Shown: positions 27,567 through 37,123, counted from the first letter of the stretch. The stretch: DNA of 64,000 bases from a virus (IMGVR_UViG_3300049846_001597:1-64000), one strand, 5' to 3'. Translations and numbers: made by a program. The notes: generated from the letters alone by a model not told the origin.

Positions 27567-28262
27567 ATGAGCTACACGACGAGCCTCGATTACGAACCGG
27601 CCCAGGAGCCGGATGAACTCGCCTCCTGGCTCGCCTGGGCCATCGTGGCGGCGTTCGCCATCTGGGCTGGCTGGGGCTGGCTCAATGACGGGATGACGGC
27701 CCTGAGCCTCCTCCTGGCCGTGGTCTTCGGCCTCTTTCAGGTTGCCACCAACATTTTGGCGGTGAAGGTGCGTGAGCTGGCGCGGCGCGGCGCGTTCTTG
27801 ACCATGTTGGCCGCCTTTGCGGCCATGATTGCAACCGGCCTCTTGACCCACGAGAGCTTAAACCACGCCTACGCTGAGGCGGTCGAGGACGGCCACGTCA
27901 CCGCTGACGCCGAGCTGATGAGCTGGCTGCTGCTTGGGGTGCCGTTTCTTGAGCCGCTTTTGTTTTGGATCAACAAGCTGCTGACTGAGCCCGCCCATAC
28001 CGCGCCAGCTGGCTTAGGGCTCATCCCGACGCTGATGATAATCTTGTTTGGGCCGTCAGCTGTCGCGCAGCCGCCTCAAACGCCGCCGCCGCGAACCGAT
28101 CCTGTAGTCCGCACGCTGCCTAAGCCTCAGGCGCGCAATCTAGATGAGCCAGCCCGCGCGCAAGCTAAGCTCCTGGCGTCTCAGGGCATGAAGGCTGGAG
28201 ACATCCATCGCGCAACCGGGGTGCCGCTGGCTACCTGTAAGCGTTGGGTGAAGGCAGCGTAA
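27567..28262 (+). CDS. Multi-TM membrane protein with C-terminal HTH
   Basis: 4-5 hydrophobic helices, Pro-rich linker, IHRATGVPLATCKRW. Confidence 0.65.
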   Translation: MSYTTSLDYEPAQEPDELASWLAWAIVAAFAIWAGWGWLNDGMTALSLLLAVVFGLFQVATNILAVKVRELARRGAFLTMLAAFAAMIATGLLTHESLNHAYAEAVEDGHVTADAELMSWLLLGVPFLEPLLFWINKLLTEPAHTAPAGLGLIPTLMIILFGPSAVAQPPQTPPPRTDPVVRTLPKPQARNLDEPARAQAKLLASQGMKAGDIHRATGVPLATCKRWVKAA

Positions 28263-28416
28263 GCTCGCGCTCGTCATCGAGCCAATCGTCTTCGTCGTAG
28301 CAGCCTTCTTTTAATTTGCGCTCGATCTCGCGCAGTTGCCGCTTGCGCTGCTTGCGCAGACGCAGGCGCTCATGGCGTTCAATGGCGCGCTGGACATCTG
28401 TATCGGCCACCGTCCT

Positions 28417-28854
28417 TCACTCCCTGTAGGTTTTTCCTGAGCGTATCTCTGAGATTGTTGAGCTGCTGACGCCGTACTGGCGAGCCAAGGCTGAACCCGT
28501 TGCAGGAGAGACACGGATGGATAGGGCGTCCTTGTATGAGAGTTTTTCAGCGCCAAACTTTCCAACAGCACGGTTGTGCTGCGCGTACCGTTGATCGTTG
28601 TTTTCCGCGACCGTCGCCCAGCGCAAATGAAGCGGATTGACGCAGGAACGAACGCCACAGCCGTGCGCCGCGACATGCTTTATCGTGGGCCTCGATCCGT
28701 TGGCGCGGAGGCAAACATAAGCATGAGCGTTCACGCCTTGCGAAATCGACCCGTAGCCATGTTTGTTGAGCTTGTAGGGCCAGATGAGGCAAGTGCTTCC
28801 GCGATGGCGGAGCGCTATCTCTTCAACAAATTCCAGCCGGTCGATCACAGACAT
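28417..28854 (-). CDS. HNH homing endonuclease-like protein
   Basis: CLIWP...GYG...AH...AAHGCG...CVNP.HLRWAT..EN; C-terminal HTH. Confidence 0.85.
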   Translation of the reverse strand: MSVIDRLEFVEEIALRHRGSTCLIWPYKLNKHGYGSISQGVNAHAYVCLRANGSRPTIKHVAAHGCGVRSCVNPLHLRWATVAENNDQRYAQHNRAVGKFGAEKLSYKDALSIRVSPATGSALARQYGVSSSTISEIRSGKTYRE

Positions 28855-28855
28855 C

Positions 28856-29185
28856 TCAATCCTCGCGAATCAAAACGTTGTGAGCTTGCACTACGGAGAC
28901 GATCTCGTCGCGCTGACGACACGCAAGCCGCGTCACCGCGCTCGCCTCAACAATTTCACCCGCCCAAAAGCGACGCTCGACAAGCTGGGCTTCCCCGGCT
29001 TCGCCTTCGGCCAACGGCGGCAACTCACTCTCAGCCGGTAGCTGATAGCGCGCGCACGGATCGATAAGCTCCTGCCGGATTGGGATTTCGAGGCCGAGCG
29101 GATCAACGTCCGGTTTCGGGATCAGCCCACACGCCGTCAACCCCAGCAACGAGGGCAGCATAAATATCAGCGGCGGTTTCAGCAT
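28856..29185 (-). CDS. o-spanin (Rz1-like lipoprotein)
   Basis: Lipobox LLGLTAC, Pro-rich, overlaps the i-spanin gene. Confidence 0.65.
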   Translation of the reverse strand: MLKPPLIFMLPSLLGLTACGLIPKPDVDPLGLEIPIRQELIDPCARYQLPAESELPPLAEGEAGEAQLVERRFWAGEIVEASAVTRLACRQRDEIVSVVQAHNVLIRED

Positions 29186-29447
29186 TGGCGATCTCTCGTT
29201 GCGCGGCCTCAACAGCTTCGCGCGTTTGATCTTCGATACGCTCGGTAGTTTGCGCCTCAGTGCTTGCCACTTCGTTTAAGGCCAATTTATCTTCGGCGGA
29301 GGCCCGCAGCGCACGTTCGCTGTCCAGTGAACTTTGCAGCTTCTCGGCGTCGGCCTCCAGAAGCTGAAATCGCACCCACACTGACGCCACGATGGCGAGC
29401 ACGAACATGCCGCTGATGACGCGCCAGTTGCCAAGCAACGCCAGCAT
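29103..29447 (-). CDS. i-spanin (Rz-like)
   Basis: N-terminal TM followed by coiled coil. Confidence 0.65.
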   Translation of the reverse strand: MLALLGNWRVISGMFVLAIVASVWVRFQLLEADAEKLQSSLDSERALRASAEDKLALNEVASTEAQTTERIEDQTREAVEAAQREIANAETAADIYAALVAGVDGVWADPETGR

Positions 29448-29725
29448 TATGAGAGCGCAACATTGTTGACGAGGCCGCCACCTGCGGCACGATCTCGTGC
29501 GACCTGCTCAACGCCCCGGCTGACAAACGTGGTGACGACGAGGCCGAGATAGACGTTCACCGCCGTGTAATCGACGGCGATCTGATGCAGCGGCGCATAG
29601 ACGAACGAGAACATGGCGACAATGAAGCCGCTCCAGCCGAGTGCGCGTCGCCAGCCTTTTTCGCTGAGGCGGTCCAGGCGATTGATGATGTGGTTGTAGA
29701 TCGGAAGAAAAGCGGCGGCTTGCAT
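29447..29725 (-). CDS. Holin (GTA 3TM-holin-like)
   Basis: GWRRALGW plus two TM helices, upstream of spanins. Confidence 0.6.
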   Translation of the reverse strand: MQAAAFLPIYNHIINRLDRLSEKGWRRALGWSGFIVAMFSFVYAPLHQIAVDYTAVNVYLGLVVTTFVSRGVEQVARDRAAGGGLVNNVALS

Positions 29726-29761
29726 GCGATAATGATGCGCGCAGCGCCACGCATGCGGGGC

Positions 29762-30247
29762 TCAGTTTTCTTCGCGCTCGCCGCCTTTCGGCACAAGGTC
29801 AATCGGATCGGTGGAGTTGCCGCCTGAATAGACATATTGCGCCGCGAACGTGAACGTATCTATGGCGGCCCCGCCGTCGCTGTCGTTGGTGACAGTGACG
29901 GTGCCGGTGTCGTAGTTGCCGGATGGGAACGTGTAGGCGACATAGACGGCAAAGTAGAGTTGGTCGCCCACGCTTGCGTTGACAGTGATTGGCGTCAGTG
30001 TCGGCGACTGCACCGCAACACCGTTCTTAAACCACTGACCCTTGGCGGGGTTGCCGGATGTTGAGGTCCACGCCGCGCGCAGCGTAATGACGTTATCGAT
30101 AGCGGCGAGCGTTTGCACGGAGGCCGAATTGTTTTCGTAGCCGGTGCTGGTGTCGGTGACGCTGATGTTGCCCCAATTGAGCGCGCTTGGGGTGAAGTCG
30201 GAGCCGCCGCCTGCGGCGCGGCTTTGCACAAAGATAATTGTCGCCAT
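29762..30247 (-). CDS. Tail fibre-associated beta-rich protein
   Basis: Thr/Ser/Gly-rich, coupled to the fibre gene. Confidence 0.5.
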   Translation of the reverse strand: MATIIFVQSRAAGGGSDFTPSALNWGNISVTDTSTGYENNSASVQTLAAIDNVITLRAAWTSTSGNPAKGQWFKNGVAVQSPTLTPITVNASVGDQLYFAVYVAYTFPSGNYDTGTVTVTNDSDGGAAIDTFTFAAQYVYSGGNSTDPIDLVPKGGEREEN

Positions 30248-31263
30248 CAGCTGTTTCGCTTGTAACCGATGAGCGCAAGCTTGACGCCGGTTGCGCCAGA
30301 GGTGCCGACTTGATCGAAATCCACGGTGATGAGCGAGTCATCCGTCACCGACACAACTGAGCTGGTGAGCACCGCTGCGGTCGCCGCTGTGGTTGACGTG
30401 GTTTCGTTGTTGTCAATTGTGAGCCGGGTGGAGAATACGGATGCAGAAGCGATATTGACGTCAAAGGTCAGGATGGAGCCGCCCGGCTGCGCTGTCGTCA
30501 GCGAGCCGCGCACTTCGGTCAACTCAAACGCGCACGGCGCGCGGGTGGTGATCTTGGCGTTGCCGCTGGTGATGGCGGTGCTCTCGTCGCCGATGCCCAT
30601 CTGATAGATGAAGCTCTCGAAAATCGCCTTGCCGGTGGCGGTCATGCCGCCGATCAAACGGGTGACGCCGCCGCCTTCGCCGATGAAACGCAGGATCATG
30701 CCCGCTTGCGTGGTGATGTTTGCGCCGCCGAGGAGGAGGTTAGCGGAATGTGCTATCGTCAGGACGCCATCGAACACCACGATGCGCTCTGCGCCTTGCG
30801 CCAACGTGATGGTGGAAATGTTTGTCGTGCCGGTGATGTGCAAGAAGTTGCCGGTGGCGGCGTCGAGATCGATAGCGGACGCGGACGCGATAGCTGCGCC
30901 TTCCGCCCAGCGCAGCGGCCCCGTCATCGCGCCGCCCGCTTTTTGCAAGTACCCCGAGAGGTCGCTGGCGACGAGGAAGCCCGCAGCTTTGTAGATTGGA
31001 TTGATGGTGACGATGGTTGAGCCGCCAGAATCCTTCAACACCGCCTTGTAGTCGAGGTCGTCTTTGAAGAAGGCTTTCGGAAAACGCCCGGCGCTGTTGG
31101 CGGTCAACACGCCTGCGGTTGAGGCGGGCGTCACCCAATCAATGTCGGTGTAGACCTCTTGCAGCACATCGGCGAGCGAATAGAAGGTGAGGGTGCAGCC
31201 GCTCTCCACTTCGCTGGAGGCGTCAATAACGGAGGCGAGGGCGTCGGCGACCGGACGATGCAT
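30247..31263 (-). CDS. Tail fibre/spike protein
   Basis: N-terminal head-binding-like region (L.FY......VYTD...LTANSAGRF), YLQK.GG.MTG repeat, beta-rich C-terminus. Confidence 0.7.
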   Translation of the reverse strand: MHRPVADALASVIDASSEVESGCTLTFYSLADVLQEVYTDIDWVTPASTAGVLTANSAGRFPKAFFKDDLDYKAVLKDSGGSTIVTINPIYKAAGFLVASDLSGYLQKAGGAMTGPLRWAEGAAIASASAIDLDAATGNFLHITGTTNISTITLAQGAERIVVFDGVLTIAHSANLLLGGANITTQAGMILRFIGEGGGVTRLIGGMTATGKAIFESFIYQMGIGDESTAITSGNAKITTRAPCAFELTEVRGSLTTAQPGGSILTFDVNIASASVFSTRLTIDNNETTSTTAATAAVLTSSVVSVTDDSLITVDFDQVGTSGATGVKLALIGYKRNS

Positions 31264-31277
31264 GCCCAGATTATCGG

Positions 31278-32354
31278 CTACGCCGCCTCATCGCGGCCTT
31301 CCGCCGCCAGAGCCGCTTGCAGCGCCGCCAGGAGGCCAAGCAGCGGGCCTTTGCCACGGATCATCTCGCTCAGAGCTTGCTCGAAAGATTGGCCGCGCTG
31401 CTCAGCCGTTTCGCGAATGCGATCCACAAGATGCTTCAAGAACGGGTCTGCGCCAGATTGGACGCCCGTGATGTCGCCGCCGCCAACCCATGCTGCGGCC
31501 TGCGCCTGGGGGCCGGTGAGGCCGCGCTCTTTGCCGAGTGACTTGTAGTAATCGGCAAGCGCGCCATACTCGCTGTCTAAGCCTTTGCCGCCCCACCATG
31601 ACGGCTGCTCTAGCGCCTCATCTATGTCGATGAGGCCCATGTGGTAAGCTTGGCGCGGATTGAATTGCTCGCCCTCAAACGTCACCGGATTTTTGCCGTT
31701 CTTCAAAAAACGCGGGTCGGCAGAAAAGATCGACGGCAGCGCCAGCGCGTGACTGTCTATGGTCACTGGTTCATGGTTGCCTGCAAGGTTCTCAGCGTAG
31801 CTTGCGGTCTTCGGTCCAGTGATCGGAGAGAAGCCGCCATCGTCCATGCGGTCCATCAGTTGCCGGTGGACGCCGCCTGCAAAGTGACCGTAGCCTTCAG
31901 GCGGGACCGGGCGCGACTCACCTGCGCGATCTGCGCCATAAAACAGTGAGGCGCGTTTGATCTGAGTCGCTACATCAGAGCGCGGACTGGTGGCGGCGTT
32001 GAAGTCGATAAAGCGCCGAAACGCCGTTTGTCCTTCCTCGGGGCCAAGCTCAGCGATGAACGCTGCTAGAAGCGGGCGCGTGTCGTACCATTGATCTGCG
32101 CCCATCTCGACGCCGCGATCAATAGTGTCGAGCATGCGGGAGCGAACGTTTGAATTGTTGATGAGGTCGAGCATGCGATCCGGCACGCGGCGCGGACTCG
32201 CATAAGCCAGCGCCTTTTGTTCGCCGAAGGCTTGGCCGGTGAGATTGTCGAGCAGCGCCGTGTCGGCGCCGCCATACTCAATAGCCTCACGCAACGCGGC
32301 TACGAGGCGCGGGAGGGAGGGGGCTTTAGGCATCTTCGCTCGCTTTCGCGCCAA
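31278..32354 (-). CDS. Putative virion-delivered protein, HhH-glycosylase-like/DUF7178-like domain
   Basis: WY, AATSPRS, GPKTASY..NL, VTIDSH, QAAAW motifs. Confidence 0.6.
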   Translation of the reverse strand: MARKRAKMPKAPSLPRLVAALREAIEYGGADTALLDNLTGQAFGEQKALAYASPRRVPDRMLDLINNSNVRSRMLDTIDRGVEMGADQWYDTRPLLAAFIAELGPEEGQTAFRRFIDFNAATSPRSDVATQIKRASLFYGADRAGESRPVPPEGYGHFAGGVHRQLMDRMDDGGFSPITGPKTASYAENLAGNHEPVTIDSHALALPSIFSADPRFLKNGKNPVTFEGEQFNPRQAYHMGLIDIDEALEQPSWWGGKGLDSEYGALADYYKSLGKERGLTGPQAQAAAWVGGGDITGVQSGADPFLKHLVDRIRETAEQRGQSFEQALSEMIRGKGPLLGLLAALQAALAAEGRDEAA

Positions 32355-33231
32355 CGCCTGCGCCCGCCAACGCGATCAGCAACATCGCGAGGCGCTTGCG
32401 CAATTCCTCAAGCGAGATTTTGCGACCGTCTACACCTTCGTTGTAAACCCATTCGGGCAGGAGGCCGACTTTCTGATCGGCATAAACCGTATCTTCCTGA
32501 CTGGCGGTGCGGTTCTTTGCGCCGAAGGGGCCGTAATTCACCCACGAGTTTTGCCCGCGCGTTTCAGCGGTCAGCGCAGGCAGCGCCATATCGGAGAACA
32601 TGCCGCGATGATGGCGGAAGGCGTTCTCTTCGCCGCCAGCGCGGAAAGTCGCGCCAATCGGCGCGTGACCGAAGGCGTCATGCACGGCGCGGAACGCATC
32701 GTTTCGGGTAAACGGCGCGCCGCCGAATGCGCGCCGCCCAAAACCGCGCACCGGCTCCAACAGCGGATTGAGCACCGCCTCATTGATCGAACCGAAACCG
32801 TCTTCGCTGGGAAAGACAGAAAGATGCTGGTTCTCGCGCAAATCCGCGAGCGCTGCTGCTGGCGTGTCGTAGGGGCTGCCGCCCTTCGGGATGAAGTCGA
32901 ATTTGTAACCTTTGTCGAGCAACAGATCGAGCTGATCCAAGGTTTCGTCGCCCATCGCGCCCCAGGAAGCGCGCACCAGCGGGTCGGATGGATCGTTGAC
33001 CATCGCGTCATAGGCGGCGGCGATGCGCGCGCCGCGTTCAGGATCAGCCGCAGCCCAATGCGTCGGGCGCTCGCCGCCGAGGCCCATGCCATCGGCGTAG
33101 CTGTCTGCAATCAAGCGTAGCCGTGCATTTGGACGCACATGCGTAGGCGAGCCAACGAGCGGCGCCTTGGCCGCCAGGACAGCTTCCAGCGCCGCCCTGA
33201 GGCTAGACCCGGAGGGACGCATACCAACCAC
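32326..33231 (-). CDS. Putative virion-delivered protein with FRAVHDxFGH domain
   Basis: NDAFRAVHDAFGH...F...GEENA...H..MFS..A..A...ETRGQNSWVNYG, recalled from phage polyvalent proteins. Confidence 0.6.
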   Translation of the reverse strand: MVGMRPSGSSLRAALEAVLAAKAPLVGSPTHVRPNARLRLIADSYADGMGLGGERPTHWAAADPERGARIAAAYDAMVNDPSDPLVRASWGAMGDETLDQLDLLLDKGYKFDFIPKGGSPYDTPAAALADLRENQHLSVFPSEDGFGSINEAVLNPLLEPVRGFGRRAFGGAPFTRNDAFRAVHDAFGHAPIGATFRAGGEENAFRHHRGMFSDMALPALTAETRGQNSWVNYGPFGAKNRTASQEDTVYADQKVGLLPEWVYNEGVDGRKISLEELRKRLAMLLIALAGAGVGAKASEDA

Positions 33232-34274
33232 TAGGTCGCCTCGCTTTCCATCTCACGCTGAAGCGCTTGGCGCACTGCGCCCATCGAGAGGCCGAGGCCG
33301 CCCATAGCGGTGGCGATCTTGAAGAAATTGGCGAGACGCTGCACCTCGCTATTGTTGCGGCGGTCGCGATACTTGCCCCACAAGCCCTCGCCGCGCACCA
33401 GCGTCTTGGCGAGCGGCGTATCGAGTGCGGAGAAGGGGGCGGGGCCAGAGCGAATGTCGGCCAGCGACTTATAGGCGTTTTTCTCGGCCCAACGCGCCAG
33501 CGCCTCGCCAAGCTCGCGCTTGTAGACGCTCAACGCGGCGTGATCGCGGATAACTTCTGGGTTGCTGAGGGCGTAGTCGTAATACTGACGCATCTCAACC
33601 ATCGCCGCTTTATTGGCGGGCGTCGGGTCGCTCCAGTAGGCTTCCTCGGCGTCGGCAAGCATCCGCTTCAGCGCGGGCATCTTGTCGTCCACCGACTCGG
33701 TGACGATGCGGGAAGCGCGAGCGCTATCGATGGAGGTTCCCCACGGAACGCCTTTGCGATTGTACGCGACGGCGTGCTGGGCCTCATGCGCAAGCTGATA
33801 AGGCACTTGTTCGCCGGGCTCCAAGCGCGCACGCTCGGTGCCAAGGCGAATGTTGATGTCACCATTGTCGTACACCTCGGCTACGCCGCCGCCGCGTTGC
33901 TCTGGATCGAGAATGAGCTGAATGCGGTCCCGTAAGCTCTTAGGCAGCGGCGCGCCCGTCACAAACGCATCGAGGTCGCCTGCATTGAAGCCTGCGAGAT
34001 CGGCCTCCGACATATCGGTTGTCATCCGCGCATCGGCCCACGAGCGCGGGCCTAGCCAGACGCCGGTATTGTCGAGGTCGGGCGACAGCGTGAGGCCGGT
34101 TTCATCCCAGACGCGATCTTGGTCCCAGCCGCTTTCCAGCATGCTTTGCGCCCGCTGGGCGGCGCGCGAACGCGGGCTCACCGGATAAAGCATGCCTGCG
34201 GCGTTGGGATCGACCGTGGTCGCCTCCAACAGCGCACGCAGGGCGCTCATAAGCGGACGAGGGGCGGCGGCCAC
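33231..34274 (-). CDS. LPD23-like domain plus zincin-like metallopeptidase
   Basis: AQSMLESG.D.D.VWDETG (LPD23-like); LAHEAQHAV (HExxH); Y.R.LGE..AR. Confidence 0.65.
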   Translation of the reverse strand: MAAAPRPLMSALRALLEATTVDPNAAGMLYPVSPRSRAAQRAQSMLESGWDQDRVWDETGLTLSPDLDNTGVWLGPRSWADARMTTDMSEADLAGFNAGDLDAFVTGAPLPKSLRDRIQLILDPEQRGGGVAEVYDNGDINIRLGTERARLEPGEQVPYQLAHEAQHAVAYNRKGVPWGTSIDSARASRIVTESVDDKMPALKRMLADAEEAYWSDPTPANKAAMVEMRQYYDYALSNPEVIRDHAALSVYKRELGEALARWAEKNAYKSLADIRSGPAPFSALDTPLAKTLVRGEGLWGKYRDRRNNSEVQRLANFFKIATAMGGLGLSMGAVRQALQREMESEAT

Positions 34275-34784
34275 TTACGCGCCTCCAGTTGGCGGCGCAG
34301 GCTCGACATAGAGCGCGCCAATGACCCTGCGCCCGGCTGCTGTAACCACCGATACATCGGTCGAGGCGAGGTAGGTCTGCGACCCGCCCGCGTTCCCGGC
34401 GTCGTCGTAATAGACGTAATAGGTCTGGCCTCGGGTCACGCCGGTCACACTCCCAGCCGCCAGTGTAGCAGCGGCGGTCGAGCGGGTGTGCTCGGCCACG
34501 GTGATGGTGGCGGAGCTGGCGGAGGTGGCCTCGTAATCCAAAATCTGGCTCTCAGCCGGGGTGTGATAGTAGCCGGTGGTCATGCCAAACATCGCCGCGC
34601 GCAGCATCGCTTCCGCTTCAAACGCAGTCGCGCGCGCTTCGCGCACATGATCTTCGCGCTGGCCGCCGAGGCGGCGGATGATGTCTGTAAACAGACGCAC
34701 GACATGGCGCTCAAATTTGCCGCCTCTATCCACCACGCGAATAGCGGCGTTCGGGATGTCGAGGTTGATGAGGGGGTTACTCAC
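34275..34784 (-). CDS. Virion tail-associated protein
   Basis: Beta-rich C-terminus (TYYVYYDD); follows the tail hub gene; start GTG 34784 or ATG 34802. Confidence 0.55.
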   Translation of the reverse strand: MSNPLINLDIPNAAIRVVDRGGKFERHVVRLFTDIIRRLGGQREDHVREARATAFEAEAMLRAAMFGMTTGYYHTPAESQILDYEATSASSATITVAEHTRSTAAATLAAGSVTGVTRGQTYYVYYDDAGNAGGSQTYLASTDVSVVTAAGRRVIGALYVEPAPPTGGA

Positions 34785-34947
34785 TGGCGCGCTCGGCAGC
34801 ATAGGCGGCGAGGCCTGCGGGTGCGCCAGCGGAAATCAGGCTCGCAAGATCAAAAACTCTCTCTACGCCGCGCGGCAACGGCACTTCGGGCGCAAGCCGC
34901 CCAAGCATATCGCGCAAGGCGACGCGGAGGAGATCACTGCGGCTCAT
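34777..34947 (-). CDS. 56-aa mini-protein consisting of the shared N-terminal motif plus a hydrophobic tail
   Basis: Hand-translated MSRSDLLRVALRDMLGRLAPEVPLPRGVERVFDLASLISAGAPAGLAAYAAERASE; TAATG coupling; fills the intergenic gap exactly. Confidence 0.6.
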   Translation of the reverse strand: MSRSDLLRVALRDMLGRLAPEVPLPRGVERVFDLASLISAGAPAGLAAYAAERASE

Positions 34948-35567
34948 TAGTAACGAAACGCTCCGAACTTAGCGGGTTTAAGCTTCACTGTTTTCGCCGC
35001 GCGCGGCTGCTTTAGAAGCGCGCGCTCGGTGCGCGCCTGCTCAATCGTTGTCTCCATCACGCCAGATGGCTCGCGTGTGTGGCTGCGCAAAATCTCTACG
35101 CTGTCAGCGACACGATCAGGAAACACGACCCTGTGGGTGGCGCGGTTTCGCGACACAAGCGGGTCATCGAGGATATTGACGAAATCGACGCCATCGTACC
35201 CCTCGCGGCGGGCGGCGGATGTTTCTCTCAACATCCAGTCGCGCTGCTTGCCGAGGCTGCCGCGCTGCTTTTCCAGCGCCGGAACATCTACTGCTTTGAA
35301 CCGGCCACGGATGCGCGCCTCGATCACGCGCCCATCGTTTTTATCGCGCGGCGTGTCGCTGTATTTGAGCGCCAAGCGACGGAAGTTGTCGCCTTGCTGA
35401 CGCGAATTGGTGAAGAAGACGCCAGCAACAGACCCCGTTCCCATGCGCTTGTCAGCGAGGTTGGGGTCGAAGCTAGTGAACTCCGTATCGCCCGTGCCGT
35501 GATACCACGGGCCGCCATCATCAAGCGCGTCAGCCAGTGCGCGGCGCAGGGGGGCGCTGTCGCTCAT
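34947..35567 (-). CDS. ADP-ribosyltransferase-like protein (ART-PolyVal-like)
   Basis: WYHGT...F.SFD......G.FFT.S, GYDGV.F.N..D, VVF. Confidence 0.65.
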   Translation of the reverse strand: MSDSAPLRRALADALDDGGPWYHGTGDTEFTSFDPNLADKRMGTGSVAGVFFTNSRQQGDNFRRLALKYSDTPRDKNDGRVIEARIRGRFKAVDVPALEKQRGSLGKQRDWMLRETSAARREGYDGVDFVNILDDPLVSRNRATHRVVFPDRVADSVEILRSHTREPSGVMETTIEQARTERALLKQPRAAKTVKLKPAKFGAFRY

Positions 35568-37018
35568 GTCGGGTCTTCGTTGATCCAGACGCCAGAGAAG
35601 GCGAAGTTGATGGGGTCGGTGATGCGGATTTTGAGAATGACGCCATCTGCGGCGCGCGCCATACCCATACGCCAGAGCGTCGGACGCTCATCAAAAGCCC
35701 CGCGCTTGCCGAGCTGCACACGCCGCTCGACCCCGCGTTCGGAGAGACTGTCACGCGAGCCGCCATCAGTGTAGAACGTGAGGGTCGCCACCGGATCGTA
35801 GCCGCGCTGGCTCTCCGCCAGAGGCACATCCGTGCATTTCAAGTCGAGCGTGACGGAGTTAATGATGGTGCGCGCAGCCACCGGCACATGCAACGTCACA
35901 ATGCGCTCGTGCGGGTCGCCATCGTCGCTATAGACGTTTTCTTCCCAGCTCCACACCACGTCGCTCTCATCGGAGGCGACAACGTGTTTTCCAGCGGCGT
36001 GGAAGAACGTGTAATAGGTCGGCGCATAGCGCATAGCGACGCCTGGGTCGCTCCAGCTGGTGCGCTCGCTCCACGTTTGCGTCAGCGTGTCGTAAGCATA
36101 AGCTTTGCCAATCGGGAAGCGCAGCACCCAGGTAAGGTGCGAGCCTTGTGCGTAAGCAAAACACTGCAGCGCCTGCGCTTCGGTGTCGGAGAGGGCGGCC
36201 AGCGCCATTTCGATCTCGCGGTTCGACACGCGCACAGGGGTGTAGCCATTGAGCATGTAGACGACACGATCATCGGCCACCCACATAGCGGAGCTGTCGA
36301 GCTTAGCAATGGCGTCGCGACCGACGATGCCGCGATCTATGACGATGGTGAGGATGTCGAAGGCGTCGGCGTCGTCGCCGCCCATAGCGCGCCAGACTTG
36401 AGTGGAGTTTGCGCCAAAGTGCCAGAGATCGCCGCCGATCACGATCTGGCTGCGGATTTCATCCGGTAGACGAGCTGATGAGGCAAACCCTGACGGGGGC
36501 CAATCAAGCGGGTTACCGACGCTTGACCAATCGAACTGATCTGATCCTTCGGCGTTGGTGATTGCGCGATCCGCGAGCGACGCAAGTGTGTAAGCATTGA
36601 GTGGGAAGTCTTCGTCGGTGCAAATTGAGAGGTCGGTCCCGTCATATTTGTAGAGGGAGCCGCCCGCGAGCAGCACCAAGTTGGCGCCGACGCTATCAAA
36701 CAACACCGTGCCGGTTGCGCCCTGAATGGGGCCAAGCGCGGTCGCCGTCCAGCTGCTGGTGACGCGATAGAGTTGTGAGCCAGCCGCAACGAAGAGGTCG
36801 CCGTCGAGTACGCCAGGACGCGAGAAGACGCCGCGCACGAGGTCGCCCGCAGAGGGCGTCACCCGCTCTTGGCGGCCCATGCACGGCGCGATCAGATATT
36901 TGCTGCGCTTGGCGTTGCCGAGCGGCTGCGGCTCGACAACGCAGTTGCGCAGCACCAAAGGCGTACAACCCTTCGTGCTGCGGTCGTCAGAAGAGGGGGC
37001 GACCGGAAAAAATGGCAC
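35564..37018 (-). CDS. Packaged-DNA stabilisation/tail hub protein (P22 gp10-like)
   Basis: Beta-propeller-like; FASS...PD, LW.FG..S.QVW, RVSN..IE, YD..T..W.ER, G.RG....R..W..G. Confidence 0.8.
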   Translation of the reverse strand: MPFFPVAPSSDDRSTKGCTPLVLRNCVVEPQPLGNAKRSKYLIAPCMGRQERVTPSAGDLVRGVFSRPGVLDGDLFVAAGSQLYRVTSSWTATALGPIQGATGTVLFDSVGANLVLLAGGSLYKYDGTDLSICTDEDFPLNAYTLASLADRAITNAEGSDQFDWSSVGNPLDWPPSGFASSARLPDEIRSQIVIGGDLWHFGANSTQVWRAMGGDDADAFDILTIVIDRGIVGRDAIAKLDSSAMWVADDRVVYMLNGYTPVRVSNREIEMALAALSDTEAQALQCFAYAQGSHLTWVLRFPIGKAYAYDTLTQTWSERTSWSDPGVAMRYAPTYYTFFHAAGKHVVASDESDVVWSWEENVYSDDGDPHERIVTLHVPVAARTIINSVTLDLKCTDVPLAESQRGYDPVATLTFYTDGGSRDSLSERGVERRVQLGKRGAFDERPTLWRMGMARAADGVILKIRITDPINFAFSGVWINEDPT

Positions 37019-37024
37019 GGCTTA

Positions 37025-37123
37025 TTATGCCGGAGCGCTGCATAGTGCGATGATGAGCGCCAGACCGGCGAGCATCAGCCACTTCCACGGAACCAGCTGA
37101 TGCCACGGATACCTAGTACCCAT
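37025..37123 (-). CDS. 32-aa single-TM peptide
   Basis: Hand-translated MGTRYPWHQLVPWKWLMLAGLALIIALCSAPA. Confidence 0.35.
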   Translation of the reverse strand: MGTRYPWHQLVPWKWLMLAGLALIIALCSAPA

